From: Octopus sinensis
Lineage: Eukaryota
NCBI RefSeq assembly: GCF_006345805.1
Contig: NC_042998.1
Span: 53,878,001 to 53,942,000 of the forward strand
DNA: 64,000 nt
Direction of reading: 5' to 3'
Under the pieces are notes generated by a model. It did no database searches. It was not told the origin of the DNA and was given only the letters and a program-made list of their open reading frames with translations. Below are positions 38,176 through 53,224 of this stretch, in pieces; within the stretch, counting starts at the first letter, position 1; each line of letters starts with the position of its first letter. Made by a program: the position numbers and the translations under genes.

Positions 38176-39473
38176 ATATATATATATTATCAGTTGCACA
38201 TATTCAAAGTATGTCTTTTTGTCTGGTCACCAGATTCACTGTGAAATAGGGTTTGGGGACAACACCTGTTAACACTGGATATTAAAATACCTGAGATCCA
38301 TAGTTAGGGAGGTGAAATAACTTGGTTCAGATCGAATTCAGGAGTGATGGATACCAATATTTTGCTTTTTTGTGGTTTATCAACATCATGTATCTGAATT
38401 GAACTATGGACGAACCAGCTAACAGGACTGGTCATCCCCAAGTGAATCTGACATACAAACAAAACACATGCATTGAGTATGTATGATCAATAATGTTTAC
38501 AACACTAGAACTGCTTTTAAGTAGTTATTGAAGATATATATATACACACACACAAACACACATAATACTTAGGTCGGGCCAAGGTGCCACACAGTGGGAA
38601 TGAACCTAAAACCATGTAATTTAGAAGCACACTTCTTACCACACTTCTTATCATACACCACACATCCATACCTGCATCTATACATTAATTACTAACTTTA
38701 ATTGCTGAGAACATTTTTAATTAACTCAGAACTTATGATTGGCATCTAAAATTGTTTGGAACCATTTCAAATTATCAAAAACAAAAGTGCTAAAAAATAT
38801 TGCTTTGTCTTTCACCCACAGAGATTTATCACTCATGATAATTATTTTCCAACCACTGGCAGAATTTTATTTGTAGTTTTAAATTACATATTACAACCTG
38901 CTAGTACCTCAATGCTTAACATTGACATTTTTTTTGGTTTTTTTAATGATCTCCATTATGATGCAATGATGAATGGATAATTTTCATGATACACAGTTTT
39001 GATTATATTTCCATTAGGCACAGACATGGCTGTGTGGTTAAAAAGCCTTCTATGCAGCCTGATGGTTTTCTATAAAATTAAACCATATTGCATCTTGAGC
39101 AAGGGTCTTCTACTACAGCCTTGGGCTGACCAATGTCTCATGAGTGAATTTTGCATATGGAGACTGTAGAAGCCTGTCGTACACACACACATACACACAC
39201 ACTCTCTCTCTCACTCTCACTTTATCTCTCTCTCTCTTTCTCTCTGCTTACATGATGGTGACACTCATTTAGAACAATCATGTTAAGGCAAGGACTCAGT
39301 AACACACACACACATACATGGCTGTCAGTACATAGATTTGTGCTATATTTGTGGCTATAAGAATCGTTGGCTCTTATTTTTTGCAATATAGATGCTATGG
39401 TGCACCTCAGTCATTATTACTGACAATTGAATTCCTTTTTTTTGGCTTTATATTGCCTCTAGCCACTTTTATC

Positions 39474-39505
<32 letters not shown>

Positions 39506-39509
<4 letters not shown>

Positions 39510-40104
39510 CACAGGAGTGGATGTGTGGTAAGTAGCTTGCTTACCAACCACATGGTTCCGGGTTCAGTCCCACTGCGTGGCATCTTGGGCAAGTATCTTC
39601 TGCTATAGCCCCGGGCCGACCAATGCCTCGTGAGTGGATTTGGTAGACGGAAACTGAAAGAAGCCTGTCGTATATATGTATATATATATATGTGTGTGTA
39701 CGTGTATGGGTTTGTGTGTCTGTGTTTGTCCCCCTAGCATTGCTTGACAACCGATGCTGGTGTGTTTACGTCCCCGATAGAATAAGTACTGGGCTTACAA
39801 CGAATAAGTCCCGGGGTCGATCTGATCAACTAAAGGCGGTGCTCCAGCATGGCCGCAGTCAAATGACTGAAACAAGTAAAGAGTAAAGAGTATATGTATA
39901 TATATACATATTCATTTATTTGTTTTAGTTATTTGACTGTGGCCATGCTGGAGCACCACCTTGAGGGGGTTTTTAGTTGAACAAATCAACCCCAGGATTT
40001 ATTTTCAAGCCTAGTACTTATTCTATCAGTATCATTTGCTGAACCACTAATTTATGGGGATGTAAACACACCAACACTGGTTGTCAAGCTGTAATGGAGG
40101 ACAA

Positions 40105-40142
<38 letters not shown>

Positions 40143-40270
40143 GACAGGCTTCTTTCAGTTTCCATCTACCACATCCACTCACAAGGCTTTGGCTGGCCCA
40201 ATGCTATAGTAGAAGACACTTGCCCATGAAGTGGGCCTGAACCCAGAACCATGTGGTTGGGAAGCAAGCT
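39506..40270. mobile_element. Tail-to-tail SINE B pair (39506-39890 plus with internal deletion; 39920-40270 minus)
   Basis: Family B motifs on both strands. Confidence 0.85.
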
Positions 40271-41849
40271 TCTTACCACATAGCCATACTTTAACCTATA
40301 TAACATTTAATTTGTTTACTCAGTTTTGATTTAGAAGTAATTTTCTGTAATCTTGTGTTACAGCATAGTGTCCTTTAATCAATTAATTATACATTAAACA
40401 ATATTAATTCTCTGTGATACCTGTAATGTAATCTACATAAACCATTTTTCAACACAGTATAGCAAGTATTTTAATGTACTGTATGAAAATGGTTCACATC
40501 ATCATCATCATCATTTAAAGTCGATTTTCCATATTGGCATGGCTGAATACTTTCATAGAAGCTAGGATGCCTGGGAGCCCACCAGTCTCCAATTGTCTGT
40601 TTTGGGTTCATTTGTATGGCTTCATGTTCTTTCTCATGCCAACCACTTTAAAGAGTGTGTTGGGTGCTTTTTACATGACACCAACACCAGTGCTTTTTAC
40701 ATATCACCAACGCTGATACTTTCCATGTGACACCATCACTAACAGCATGACAAAAAACCGCCCCATAACTAGGAGTATGGAGTAGAATTGAGGTGGCTGG
40801 GAAGGCTTTGTGCCAGTTGATGAGATATTAAAGATACAGAAGGACAGATTTAGGTGTCTGGCTGTAGAGGAAATACATGGACACCCTGGTTGAAAAAAGA
40901 AAGGAAATTAAGTTAGAGAATAATATAAAGAGAGCAGGTGAATCAGAGAGTAAAATAGAGTGATATTGGCAGAGATGTGTTGGGATATAACCTGGAGGGA
41001 CATTGGTGGTGGTGAGAATAAGCAAGGTGGTACAGAAATTTGGGCTGGGTGAGTGGGCAGGATAAGGGTAACTGTAGCAAGTGAAGAAGAGAAATATAGT
41101 AGAGGAGAAATAACTTAAAATTCTGTCTGCAGGTTTATGAAATCAGTTTATGTAAATAAATAAAACTATTACCAACTCTGAGAAAATAATATTAGTCCAG
41201 CATCATAAATAGTGACATCATGAAAAACATCAATCATAAGAATGTAAAAAAGAAAATGCTAGGTGTGAAATGTGAGACAGAAATATACAAGAACAAAAAT
41301 GTTGCTAGATTTGTAATCAATAATGCTATCAGTTTTGTTCAATTAATATATTCAATATAGAATATCAATTATTGGTTGGTTTCTATTGTGTATTTATTAT
41401 TGATCAACCAGTGTTCAATTTCATTCAAATATTTCTGGAAGATTCCAAGAATATAATGAATAGATTATTTAGATGATGAATTAAAATGCATTGATTTGTG
41501 TATAATCTTCTCAGTATGGCATCTAACTTTGAGGAAATTTACATTCCAGTTCACTGCTGAGATAATTGCATTAATATATCATATATATATATATATATAT
41601 ATATAGTTTCTTATTTATATACGTAATAACTTTTGGTAAAGTGACGGGATAAAATTATTCTGCTTCCAATATTAACGTCTCAGTTCTAAAGCATTTAAAA
41701 TTTTGATATGTGTTATACTATGCTTTTAGGATTATAATTTTGGTTGCTGTGGTAAAATATATTGTGTACTCTATGTCTGTGTGTGTACTATACCATGATA
41801 AAATACAATTTATCTTGGCAATTTTAGAAAGCTGGTTCTATAACACATA

Positions 41850-42050
41850 GACATTGTCATTGTTTAGTCCCAGGTCAGTCCCACCCAATTAAGAAGATCT
41901 ATTATAAAAAGTCCAACCAATGTTGTTCGTTCTACCTTTTTTTAATAGTCTTTTTAGATAGTAACTTAAAGATTACATTAGCAATGCATCTTTTTTTGCT
42001 TAGAGTGAAGAGTATTATTTGAGGAAGATTTGCTTGCTATTTCGAGCACC
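41850..42050. repeat. Unclassified dispersed repeat (also ~46985-47110 and ~55215-55382)
   Basis: Shared ttagtcccaggtcagtcc...gatttg(g)ctgctatttc motifs. Confidence 0.55.
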
Positions 42051-42209
42051 TTCTCATCATTCATTCTACAACAGTGTATATCCAGGACCACCTTGTCAAA
42101 TCTGTTATTTCTTTGAGGTAGATTTTCTTATTTCTTGTAGGTTAAGCAGTTACTTGTTAGTCAATGATATTTTAAAACAATATCTTAAGAATTTGTAGTC
42201 TTGGGAGTC

Positions 42210-42512
42210 GTTACACCAATAATAATAATAATAATAATATAATAATAATAATAATAATTATAATAATAATGGTTTATAATTTATGCCACAATGGCAGCCA
42301 TATTGGGGAAGGAGATGAATCAATTACGTGAACCCCAGTATTTCATTGGTATTTAATTTATCAACCCCAAAAGGATGAAAGCCAAAGTTGACCTTGGCAG
42401 AATTTGAACTCTGAACGTGAAGACTGATGAAATACCGCTAAGCATTTCACCCGGTATGCTAGCAATTCTGCCAGCTTGCTGCCTTAATAATAATAATAAT
42501 AATAATAATAAT
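42210..42512 (-). mobile_element. SINE A (42280-42485) flanked on both sides by (AAT)n
   Basis: Direct reading. Confidence 0.8.
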
Positions 42513-42938
42513 ATGTGCACAGGTTCAATTCCACTTTTTTATTATTAGTCAGTTGGTTAAGTGTCTGTCCAACTAGCTAATCACTTAATTAATGTGTTAA
42601 TTAAATAGTCAATCAATTTGCCTTTTTGTCTAAGTTTTCATTACCATTTGCAAACTTTTCAGTGACTTGTGATCTCCTAACTTGCTTTGAAGGCAGGTTT
42701 AATCTGTTTGAGACCCAGTCTTTTGTCCGTATGTGTATGGATGTTTGTATGTGTGTATGTAGTTTAGTTGAGGAGGTAAGGGTGAGAATAAATGCAAGGT
42801 TTGTTAGTACAAAAAAAAAATGAACATAAAAGAAATGTATTAAATTTATGAATGAATTTAATTTGTTCTTAATCTTACAATCCAGCCATAATGATAGAAT
42901 ATGGTTTTGGTAATAAAACAAAATTTTACTTGAATGTA

Positions 42939-43437
42939 CAATGATCCCTCACTACTTCGCAGTTCAACTATCGCAGATTCACAACTGCGCGGATTTTTAA
43001 TATATATATATATATGAACGCCTAAAATTTTTCATTAAATCCATTAAAATATTAATAATAAATATTATTTCCTAGTCTAGGAACAACAAAACAAGAATAA
43101 AATAGTAAAAAAGCATATACAAGGGTATTTGAGCTTAAGACGGGCTGTGATTGGTGCAATGGAGAGAGACAACGAATTACAGCTTTCTAATTTGTAATCT
43201 AGCCTGTGTAACAGTAACAATCTTTATTTTTTTAAATCTAAAGTGTTATTGCTTAACAGTTGTCCTTGTTATTAATAGACTAATGTAATGGGTATGTTGT
43301 TAACAGTACAGGGAGGGTTTTAAAAGTCCAAATACACGTTAAATAAATACTGTAAATATGGTGTCCCTACTTTGCAGAAATTCAGTTATCATGGCCAGTC
43401 TCAGAACCAATCTACCATGATAAACGAGGGATCACTG
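42939..43437. mobile_element. Tigger/pogo-type MITE
   Basis: TIRs caatgatccctc and gagggatcactg with TA on both sides (42937-42938, 43438-43439). Confidence 0.85.
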
Positions 43438-44479
43438 TAAGTTACCTGAAAATTGTGACTATATGTCAAGAAGTAGTGTACTCTTAGACTGTGAGTGTTG
43501 GCAAACTTCCTATATCAATGACCCCTTTCATGAACTCATCGATAACTTATTGATTCCCCTATCATCTAAATTGCTTGCATAAAATTATCCACTCGGCATT
43601 CAGCTGTCTCCTCTAGTACATCTGTTTTAAGATAATGCACTTTGAGATGTGACTGTTATACTTCACATAAGTATTTCACATATTTGGTGTATATGATGCT
43701 TTTAACCTTCCTTCATAATCACCATTGGAGATGTTTAAAAGAAATCTGATTAAATTTGATCATTTTTTTTTTAGTACACTGAAAATGTTGAGATCCTGTC
43801 TTTGTTTTTATCAGAGTGAGCCCCTTTTGATATATGCTTTCATCTTTACAGGCTTCATAGCATCATTATGACAAGTTTTTACATTTTTTCCCATAACAGG
43901 TACATAAACATTATTTTATTGGCAAATGAGTATATAAATCCAAATTTTAAATATTCTTGAAACTAGTGTCAGCACTTATTGATGAAAATTTTACATTCTA
44001 TTTTCAAATTTACAAAAAAATTCAAATTTACAAAAAAAAAGTAAAGCAAATTCAAAACTGTCAGACATGAAACCTTCTCTATTGTAAATTGACAATAAAT
44101 ACACACTAATTTAGGTGTCAACAATGTGATGTCTTCAGAAAAAAATGTGTTTGTCTTTAATTGGCTTGGCAGTCAGCCAGTTGGCACTGCATGTTTACTA
44201 GGTGTACAAGATGGTATCAAAAGGTTCCCAGACTAGTTATGTTTAATAAAAAAATAACTTATTTACCTGAGGTTTAATGTCATTTCCTTCAAAATAGTCA
44301 CCTTCTGCAGCAATACACCGGTCCAAGCATTCTCGGTGCCTTTGGAATCCAGCCTGAAAATCATGTTATAGATAAACATGTCTGTGGAATGTAAAGCTAT
44401 TTATATGTTTATTTAAGGAGTAGGTAATTTGGTCGATTTGCAAAATAAATGCTCATCAGAACCTACACAGGTTTTGTGT

Positions 44480-45400
44480 ATACTTGTGCAAATATGTTTC
44501 AGTTCTCACTCTTTGGAGACTAACAAGCAACCAACCAATACCTTTCTCTTAGACATGCCCTTCACATTCCATACATTACCAAAGCCCTTATGCAACGACA
44601 CTGCATATATAACACCTCGAAAATATATAATCACCAATCACCCCCTAATGAATGGATTTTAGTCATTATATAAGCAGTTTTGAGAATACTTGCCTGCCAA
44701 GCAAAAGTCTTTTCTGTGTATGATGCAGTCTGAAAACTCTTTTCTCCCAAAAAGCAGTTGCCTTTTTGATTCCTTTCCAAGAAGCTCTAGACCAGCTTGA
44801 AAGATTCTTCTTGGTAGCCTGACAAGCATTATTTCGGTAGAGAATCCTGCCATATTTGCGCTTGCTTGATCTCTGATTCCGTATTTGATATACTTAGCAA
44901 AACTTTCTGTTTGCACTTTACTAGCCACATTACAGTGTACATATTCACACCATCTGAGACAATAAATCTGGTCACTCCAAACTAGCATGGCAGCCAGTTT
45001 TGACCGTATCCTTTCCGTTATCTTAAACTGGTGCACTCCACTAAAACCTTGAATCATTTTTCTCTCTTCAGGTATTCAGATATTTGAAAATATGTTACAG
45101 TGTGTCAAAAGGCACATCTTCTCTGAGATTGCTAACTATTGATCTATCATTTTCATTTTTAACATCTTAAAGGTGATTCAAAGGTCATTAGCAATAACTA
45201 TCTTCAACAGTTTTGAGTCCATCTTTCAGATCAATAATTTCAGTCCCACATCTAAAGATCCTGATCTGCTGGACGTGTGCCAATGTATTCCACACACCAA
45301 TGGTCTCTTGCTCTTGAGAAGTTCTTGAAAATATTGCACTTGATATGTGCAAATCCTTTAACAATGATATAATTGAAATATCCACAAGCTGTGGGTTTTA
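44480..45400 (-). pseudogene. Degraded hAT (Charlie/Buster-like) transposase fragment
   Basis: Translation includes ASANMAG (cf. DGAxAMxG) and SDCIIHR (cf. HCxIHR) at hAT-like spacing. Confidence 0.55.
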
Positions 45401-45839
45401 GCCTTCTCCCATTACCTGGAATGGAATCTTCCAGGCAAAACAGCCATCACAACATGTACTGATGTGTCTGTCACTGACCAATACTTTTTCTTCAGTATGC
45501 TCCAAGGTTCAGTGAAGGTGCATGGCTTAGTGGTTAGGGTATTTGGCTCATGATCATAAGGTCATGAGTTCAATTCCCAGTGATGCATTGTGTCCTTAAG
45601 CAAGACACTTTATTTCATGTTGCTCCAGTCACTCAGTGGGCAAAAAGGTGTAGTACCTGTATTTCAAAGGGCCAGCCTTGTAACACTCTGTGTTACACTG
45701 AATCTCTCTGTGAACTACATTAGGGGGACACATGTCTGTTGAGTGTCAAACCACTTGCTCATTAATTTCATAAACTGGCTGTTCCATTGATCATTGTCAT
45801 TATAACCGACGGAGTGCCCCAAGGTTCAGTTACATCCCT

Positions 45840-46470
45840 CATACTCTTCTTCAACATGCTCGATGTCACTTCTCTACATCACTTCAGTCCTTTAAAACAT
45901 TTCATTCAAAGGCTTCATCTACATGCAATTTAGATACTTCACAGTAAGCCACTTCCTTGTACACAACCCTTGGAAACATCCTCAAATGGGGATATGTAAC
46001 TCTAATCTCTCCCAGCAGCATAAAGCTACAATCACTGCTCACAGCAGTTTCATATACATAGCATAGATAAAACTGTAACCCAAAGAAAAACTTTTTTCTT
46101 CACAGCTAGGAACTACTTCAGCTTTGATCAGTTGTTGATTCTTCACAAACCTCAATATCACTATGGAATACTATCTCCATATCAAGAAAGTTTCTGCAGC
46201 TTTACGCAACCATCCTAGACCATACCTTTGAGAAGTCATCTGACTGATCAACAAAGACTTATTTATCAATACACTTTTGACGAACAGATAAGCTGTTTCC
46301 AATTATTTTTGTCTAGTCATATCACTACTGTAACTTCTGCTGATCTTAATCACCCAGTTACTTACAACTTCTATCCCAGTTCTTCTGTGACATTCATCTC
46401 TCCTTCATGCTTTACTTCTTTTGCAGCTCATCTCCCAGATTCTAAATTAACCACATTCTCCAATCACTCT
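45840..46470 (+). pseudogene. Old CR1/Jockey-like LINE RT C-terminal remnant
   Basis: RNYFSFDQLLILHKPQ resembles YFTPxQLLxLYKAQ; otherwise heavily decayed. Confidence 0.4.
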
Positions 46471-46497
46471 CTTTCCCTGAACATCAATCCTCTGAAA

Positions 46498-46601
<104 letters not shown>

Positions 46602-47259
46602 CCTGCAGGCATTCACTTGTAGATTTTTTTAATTGAATATAATTTGTATTGATCTCTGTTATCTCTGAGGGCTTGCAAACATCAGAAGCACTACCCTTCC
46701 ATCAAACTGAGCATGAAAAAAAGACCTTCATGCTTTGGTTCTTTACTCATAGACTTGAAGCTGATTATATTTTCTTAAATTCTGTTTTGATACACTTTTT
46801 ACTAAAATTATTTTTTCTTAAATGTTGCTTTGATATCTCTCTTGATCGAAGTAATTATATTTATAAAGATGTGCACATTATTGCAATTAAATTATTTCTA
46901 TTAGTTAATGTTTGATATTTTTTCATTAAACATAATTGATATTATTGAATTATTTGATTTTAGTCAACATTTTCATCTTTGAGTCCCAATTCTTGTCTTA
47001 TTAATCCAGATTAGACCTGACTGAGCAGATCCAGCTCATTTATTTTTAAGAAAATAAAATTTGAAGGAGATTTTGCTACTTTTTCCAGCAAGTTGAGAAA
47101 TCATGTCGAATCTTCTTTGTAAGCTTGATTTACAGCTGAACTAGTAAATTGTTGGATCGTATTTTATCACTCATATTATGTTCTGTCAATGGCTTGGACA
47201 TTTTACTCAATTTCCCAGTCCAGTAACTGCCAATGAGAAACATAGAAGGCATAACTTAC

Positions 47260-47343
47260 TGCAGTAAGTAGCAGAAGCCTTGAATAATTAATAAATGGAG
47301 TTATCTTTTGCAGTGCTACTGAGTTTAAGGTGCTGCCAATAGC
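47260..47343 (-). CDS. Candidate 84-nt phase-0 internal exon (AIGSTLNSVALQKITPFINYSRLLLLTA), product unidentified
   Basis: Acceptor tttcttgtgttttcttcag|G, donor GCA|gtaagt, open only in frame 0. No homology evidence. Confidence 0.4.
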
Positions 47344-47779
47344 CTGAAGAAAACACAAGAAACCATTTTCACATACATATACTTGTTCTGAAAATACTGG
47401 TTCTTTGAATATCTAATTTGAGGGAAACTTGATCAATAATAGTAGGTAAGTAACTTAAAATGGGTTTCTTAATTGCATAATTTAAAATTCATTAAATTTT
47501 AAGAATCTTTTGAGAAATATTAATTCTTTTATTTATATTCATTTTCGTTTGTCACTATTACTGCAAGGTAATAATGCACAGGTTATTATTTGAGGTGTTT
47601 AAAGTTTTGAGGCAATTAAGAGACACCTTCACCCATTGATTATTCACATCATTCAGAAATAGCTTTTATTCATAGGAGTGCTTGAAATTAACATGGCAGG
47701 CTCTAGTCATACAGTATTCTTACTGTCTGAAGTAGTAAACAGGACCATTCTATAATAGAATTAAATAAGAATTAATATA

Positions 47780-48720
47780 TTTAAGACAGCTGAGTGGTAG
47801 AGCCATTAGAACATCAGATAAAAGGATGGCAAGCTGGCAGAAATGTTAGAACGCCGGATGAAATGCTTAGCGGTATTTTGTCTGCTGTTATGTTCTGAGT
47901 TCAAATTCCACTGCAGTCAACTTTGCCTTTCATCCTTTCAGGGTTGATAAATTAAGTACCGGTTATGCACTGGGGTCGATATAATCGACTTAATCCGTTT
48001 GTCTGTTCTTGTTTGTCCCTTCTGTGTTTAGCCCCTTGTGGGTAGTAAAGAAATAGGTATTTTGTCTGTTGTTACATTCTGAGTTCAAATTCCACCAAGG
48101 TAGACTTTGCCTTTCATCCTTTCGGGGTTGATAAATTAAGTACCAGTTATGCACTGGGATCGATGTAATCGACTTAATACCTTTGTCTGTCCCTGTTTGT
48201 TCCCTCTATGTTTAGCCCCTTGTGGGCAATAAAGAAATAAGAACATCAGATAAAATGCATTCTAATATTTTTGTTCATAAGGTGATGAGCTGGCAGAATC
48301 ATTAGCATGCCAGGAAAAATGCTTAGTGGCAATTCATCCATTTTCATGTTCTGAGTTTAAATTCTGCCAAGGTCGACTTTGCCTTTCATCATTTTGGGGT
48401 CAATAAAATAAGTACCAGTGGAACATTGGGGTTGATGTAATTGATGTAACCTGATGTAACCCTGCCCCGAAACTTGATGGCCTTGTGCCAAAATTTGAAA
48501 TGAATATTTATTCTGGTTGAAGGTGGCAAGATGGAAGAATTGTTAGTATGCAAAGCAAAAATGTTTATGTTTAGTGGCATTTTGGCTGTCATTACGTTAT
48601 GAGTTCAAATTCCCCTGCAGTCAACTTTACCTTTCATCCTTTCAGAGTTGATAAAATTAGTAGCAGTTGTGCACTGTGGTCGATGTAATTGATTTACCTG
48701 CTCCCTTGATATTGCTGGAT
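47780..48720 (+). mobile_element. SINE A cluster including a dimer (47824-48239) with a 16-bp TSD
   Basis: agaacatcagataaaa at 47808-47823 and 48240-48255; further copies at 48280-48520 and 48520-48720. Confidence 0.88.
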
Positions 48721-50369
48721 TTGTTCCAATATATATTCTGGTTCTTTGTGGTCTGTGTTCAAATCCTACTGAAGCCAACTTTGCTTTTTATGCTTCTGGA
48801 ATCAGTAAAGGAAGTGCCAATGAAGTGATGGCATATTCCTCTTTCTCATCAGCTATCACACCCTTGGAGTTCCCCTGAATTACAGCAGGGAGGGACAAGA
48901 GGGATCTATGTTTTCTGGGCATCTAAAATAATTAGCAAAAGCATGTAATATACTCTCAAACTATCCTTAATTTTGAATGATAGTTGTTGTTTAGATTCTG
49001 AACAAGATCACAGGTTTTTTTCTGCACAGTAGGCTCATAATGCTAGATTTATAGATTCTGTGGCTATATTTTCCCCCTGGACAGGATGCTGATCTGTTGC
49101 AAGATTACTCATTTTTGCCAACTGAGTGGATTGGAGCAATGTGAAATAAAGTGGTTTGCCCAAGAATACGATGCATAACCTTGTCCAGGAACTGAAACCA
49201 CAATCTTACAACCATGAGTGCAATACCTTAACCACTAAATCTCATGACTCCTTGTAGTTTAGTTTTGCTAAAATAATTAACTAAATAGGTAGTGATCCTG
49301 GGTAATTTCCACTTGTCTTTTAGTTTAACATGTATTTTGGACTGTTAGATCAAGAAGACTAACCACTGTGCAGTAAATGTCTTCATCCTTAGCCAGATAG
49401 ATAATGCAATATGATCCACTTTGATATATCATTCTCCTCATCATTATCACCATCATCATTTAACGTCCTTTGTCCATGCTGGCATGGGTTGGACAGTTTG
49501 ACCAGAGCTGGCAAGCTGGGGAGCTGCACCAGACTCCAATATGTTTTGGCATGGTTTCTATAGCTGGAAGCTTTTCCTAATGCCGACTGCTTTACAGAGT
49601 TGCAGCGTGCTTTTTTGTGGCACCACAAGGATACTTTTATATGGTGCCTTAAAAGCATCCATGTGGTGCCATGTAAAAGCATTCAGCACTTGCACTGAGT
49701 GTTTTAAGTCCATAAACCAGTGTTTTAAGTCCATTAACAATTTTGGTACCAGTGTCCTTCATAGGGTCTTGGCTATGGTTTTTGGAAATGGTTTATCCTT
49801 CCAACACCCTATTAACTTTTCCAACAATAAGACTTTGAGGCTATTAAACTATAAGTTCTAGTTTAGTAAATAAGTAATGAATACATATTAATTAGCTGAT
49901 AATTTAACATGTGATATTACCATTTATCACACTGAAGATTACAGAGTTGCTGCTGCCTTTAATTTTTCATGGGGGTTATCCAATGTGGAGTCATTATTTT
50001 TCCTTTTTTTTTTTTTGTCATCTCAGTTTAATTTTACCTTCTTGCAAAATAATTATTTTCATTCAATTAAAAGGTGTTCAAGTAAAAAGGTCTTCCAAGA
50101 CATTGATCAAACTTTGAACAGCAATGAATACAATGATTCATAGAATTATTGCAACATTGAAATCGGTAAATTCATTAGTAATATGTCTAAGTATATTTCA
50201 ATAATTCCTCCTGGAATGTGAGAACATTTCTCTATTTACAGCTGTCTGTAAAGAAATTATACAGACAAGAAATTATAGATATACAGAAAATGTAATATAG
50301 TCATGCATTTTCATTTGTGAAACAGGAATGAGAACAAATAGAAGAAATTAAGATATAGAGTGCTGAATG

Positions 50370-50710
50370 ATCAAATAGAGTGGTTAATGCATCAGGCTCA
50401 CAATCGTGAGGCAGTGAGTTCAATTCCTGGACCAGGCTGTGTGTTGTGTTCTTGAGCAAGACACTTTATTTCACATTGCTCCAGTTCACTCAGCTGTAGA
50501 AATGAGTTGCGACATCACTGGTGCCAAGCTGTATCAGTCTTTGCCTTTCCCTTGGATAACATCAGTGCCATTGTGAGGAGAGACTGGTATGCATGGTTGA
50601 CTGCTGGTCTTCCACAAACAACCTTGCCCAGACCTCTACTTCAAAGGGGAAGTTTCTAGGTGCCATCTCATGGTCATTCATCACCAAAGGAGATCTTCAC
50701 CCTTTACCCA
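50370..50710 (+). mobile_element. tRNA-derived SINE family C, near full length
   Basis: tagagtggttaatgcatcaggctcacaatcgtgaggcagtgagttcaattcc head plus core and tail. Confidence 0.85.
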
Positions 50711-51903
50711 AGCTCAAATATAACAAAAGACATTGGCTATGCGTAACAAATCTTTTTTTATGAATGATTTAAAATGGAACCAAAGTTATCTTTTAACATG
50801 CATGGTTGCGTGGTAAAAAATTTACTCGTTAATGACACGGTTCCAGGTTCAGTCCTAGTGCATCATACCTTGGGCAATTGGGTTTCTGTCCAATTACTGA
50901 AACAAGTAAAAGATAAAATGAACCTGATTTCTATGACCAACAAACCCTGCAGATAAGTGGCTACACACACAACTATATCAAAGCATCATTCAATATGGAA
51001 ACAATCTGAATGATGCAGTTAATTGCTGAAGGGAAATTAAGCTTTAAAACTAGTTTAAAATGATTTTGGCTAAATGTTGGTAAACTTATTTCTGTGAAAC
51101 ACCATTTTTATTTTTTATAGTAGTAGTGACAAAATCCATTGTTCATGCTATTCATGAAATGGAAATATTTTCTACAAAGCCAAAATTACATTCACGATAG
51201 ATATTGTAGGGAATAAATTTCTCAAACTTTCATAAAACTGGGGAAAACAAAAGAAAATAAAAAAAAAAAGAATGTAATACTCACATTTTGGATTCAGATA
51301 CACACCATGGAAGGAATTAAACTGTGAATAATGAAAGTTCCATTTCAATAAAACGTTGAATAGAATATTGAAAAATATAATATGGAAATGAAAAGAGAAT
51401 ATGACATTGTTCATGCAATATTCTGACAAAGTGAAACGGTGATGATATTTCTGGAAATAGAATACGAATTTGTACATAGTATTCATGAGGCAAATGAAGA
51501 TATTTAAAAAAAAAAAAAAAAGATTCCTGTATGTTACATCTTCATAACTTTCATCAATTGAGAGATCAATATTTATATATAATCAAATCAAGAAAGTGAA
51601 TACAAACTCTCGTGCCTTGTGTAACATAGTTATTGTATACAGAATTACTGAATTTCTATAAAGAAGATATAAATTATCTACCTACATTTTACAACTATTT
51701 TTTTTTTCATACTTAATTTATTGCTATTATAAAGCTACCTTTAATGCACACATCTAAAGTAGAGGGGAGTAAGAGGATTAAATGTTTCATATCAAGTCAC
51801 ACTGCTTCTCCATTCTGAGTTCAAATCCTACCAAGGGTGTTTTTGCAATCCATGGCTCTCTTTTCATTGAATTAACATCTGGTAAAATAGCAAAGCCAAT
51901 TAA

Positions 51904-52123
51904 CCCTTTAGCATTTAAACCAGCCATACCAGCCCAAAATATTTTACCTGTTCTATCTTCAAACTAGCAAGATCTGGCCTCTCTTGCTTGCTCTACAATG
52001 TCGTTTTTAAAATAAACCGTCACATCATTGAAATCTCAAAGCTATGAGATAATGCATGACTAATTCAAAACAATTTGCATAAATAAGCATTAAATTTGAC
52101 AGATTAATCTAAATGCTAAAGGG
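51904..52123. mobile_element. piggyBac-type MITE
   Basis: TTAA|ccctttagcattt ... aaatgctaaaggg|TTAA (TSDs 51900-51903 and 52124-52127). Confidence 0.88.
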
Positions 52124-53224
52124 TTAAATTAATTAAACTTGCCCAACAAAAATGCAGATTCTGCTAGTCAAACAAAAAAAAAAGAAAATTGATATACAGG
52201 CTTGGCTGTATAGTTAAAAAGCTTGTTTGTAATCATGTCAGCCAAGTGGTTTCAGGTTCAGTACCCCACAGGCAAGTATCTTCTATTATAACCCCTGCCA
52301 AACAATGCTCTGAGAACAAACTTGCTAAATAGAAAACTGCGTGGAAGCTCATTGAATGTATGTGTGTGTGTGTGTGCCATTGCCAGGCAACAAGAGTTCA
52401 TTTGTTTACATCTCTGTAACTTAGCAGTTCAGCAAAAACAACTCACTAGAATAAGTACAAGACTTGAAAAAAATAAGTCCTGGGGCCGATTTGTTCAACT
52501 ACACCCTCCAAGATGGTGCCCTATCGTGGCCACCATTCAATGACAGAAACAAGTAAAAGTATGACTGGCTTCTTACAGTTTCTGCCTTGAAGGGTTTTGG
52601 CAAAGAAATTGACCCCAGCTCTAAATTCTAAGATTGTTACTTATTCTATGAATCTCTTTTTGGTGAGCCCCTGTACTATGGGGACCCAAGCCAACAGTAG
52701 TTGCCAAATGGTAGGGAGAAAAAAATATGAAGATGCACACACAGATGCATGCACATAAGTGTACACACACACACATACTCACACACACACCTAGCAAGGT
52801 ATTGGTAAGCCAAGTGTGATAGAAGATCTCAGCAGCAGGGCTGAACTAAAAGTAACTATTGTAACCACACAGCCATGCCTGTACTCATAGATGGTGTGTG
52901 TGTATGTGTGTATGTATGTATGTATGTATGTATGTATGTATGTATGTATGTATGTATGTATGTATGTATGTATGTACGTATGTATGCATTTGTATGAAAA
53001 CCAATGTTGCAGGAGGCCATAACAATGTAGAAAGTAGATCAAACATCAAAAATAACAATAGCAATCATATTCAAATGTTATCTCAGAAATATTCAATTAT
53101 TCTTGAATTTTTATATTAAAACTCTCTTGCCAAGGTTTTAAAAAGTGACAGTGAAATATAAAGTGCATGTCCATTATATTGGCATGCCAAATCCTTATAG
53201 TTTATGTGTGTGTGTGTGTGTATA

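Noticed and set aside
51172-51486. 104-aa minus-strand ORF with a gtgagt donor near 51280
   Set aside because: F/I/N-rich composition is expected from AT-rich DNA, and its phase does not match the 47343 candidate.
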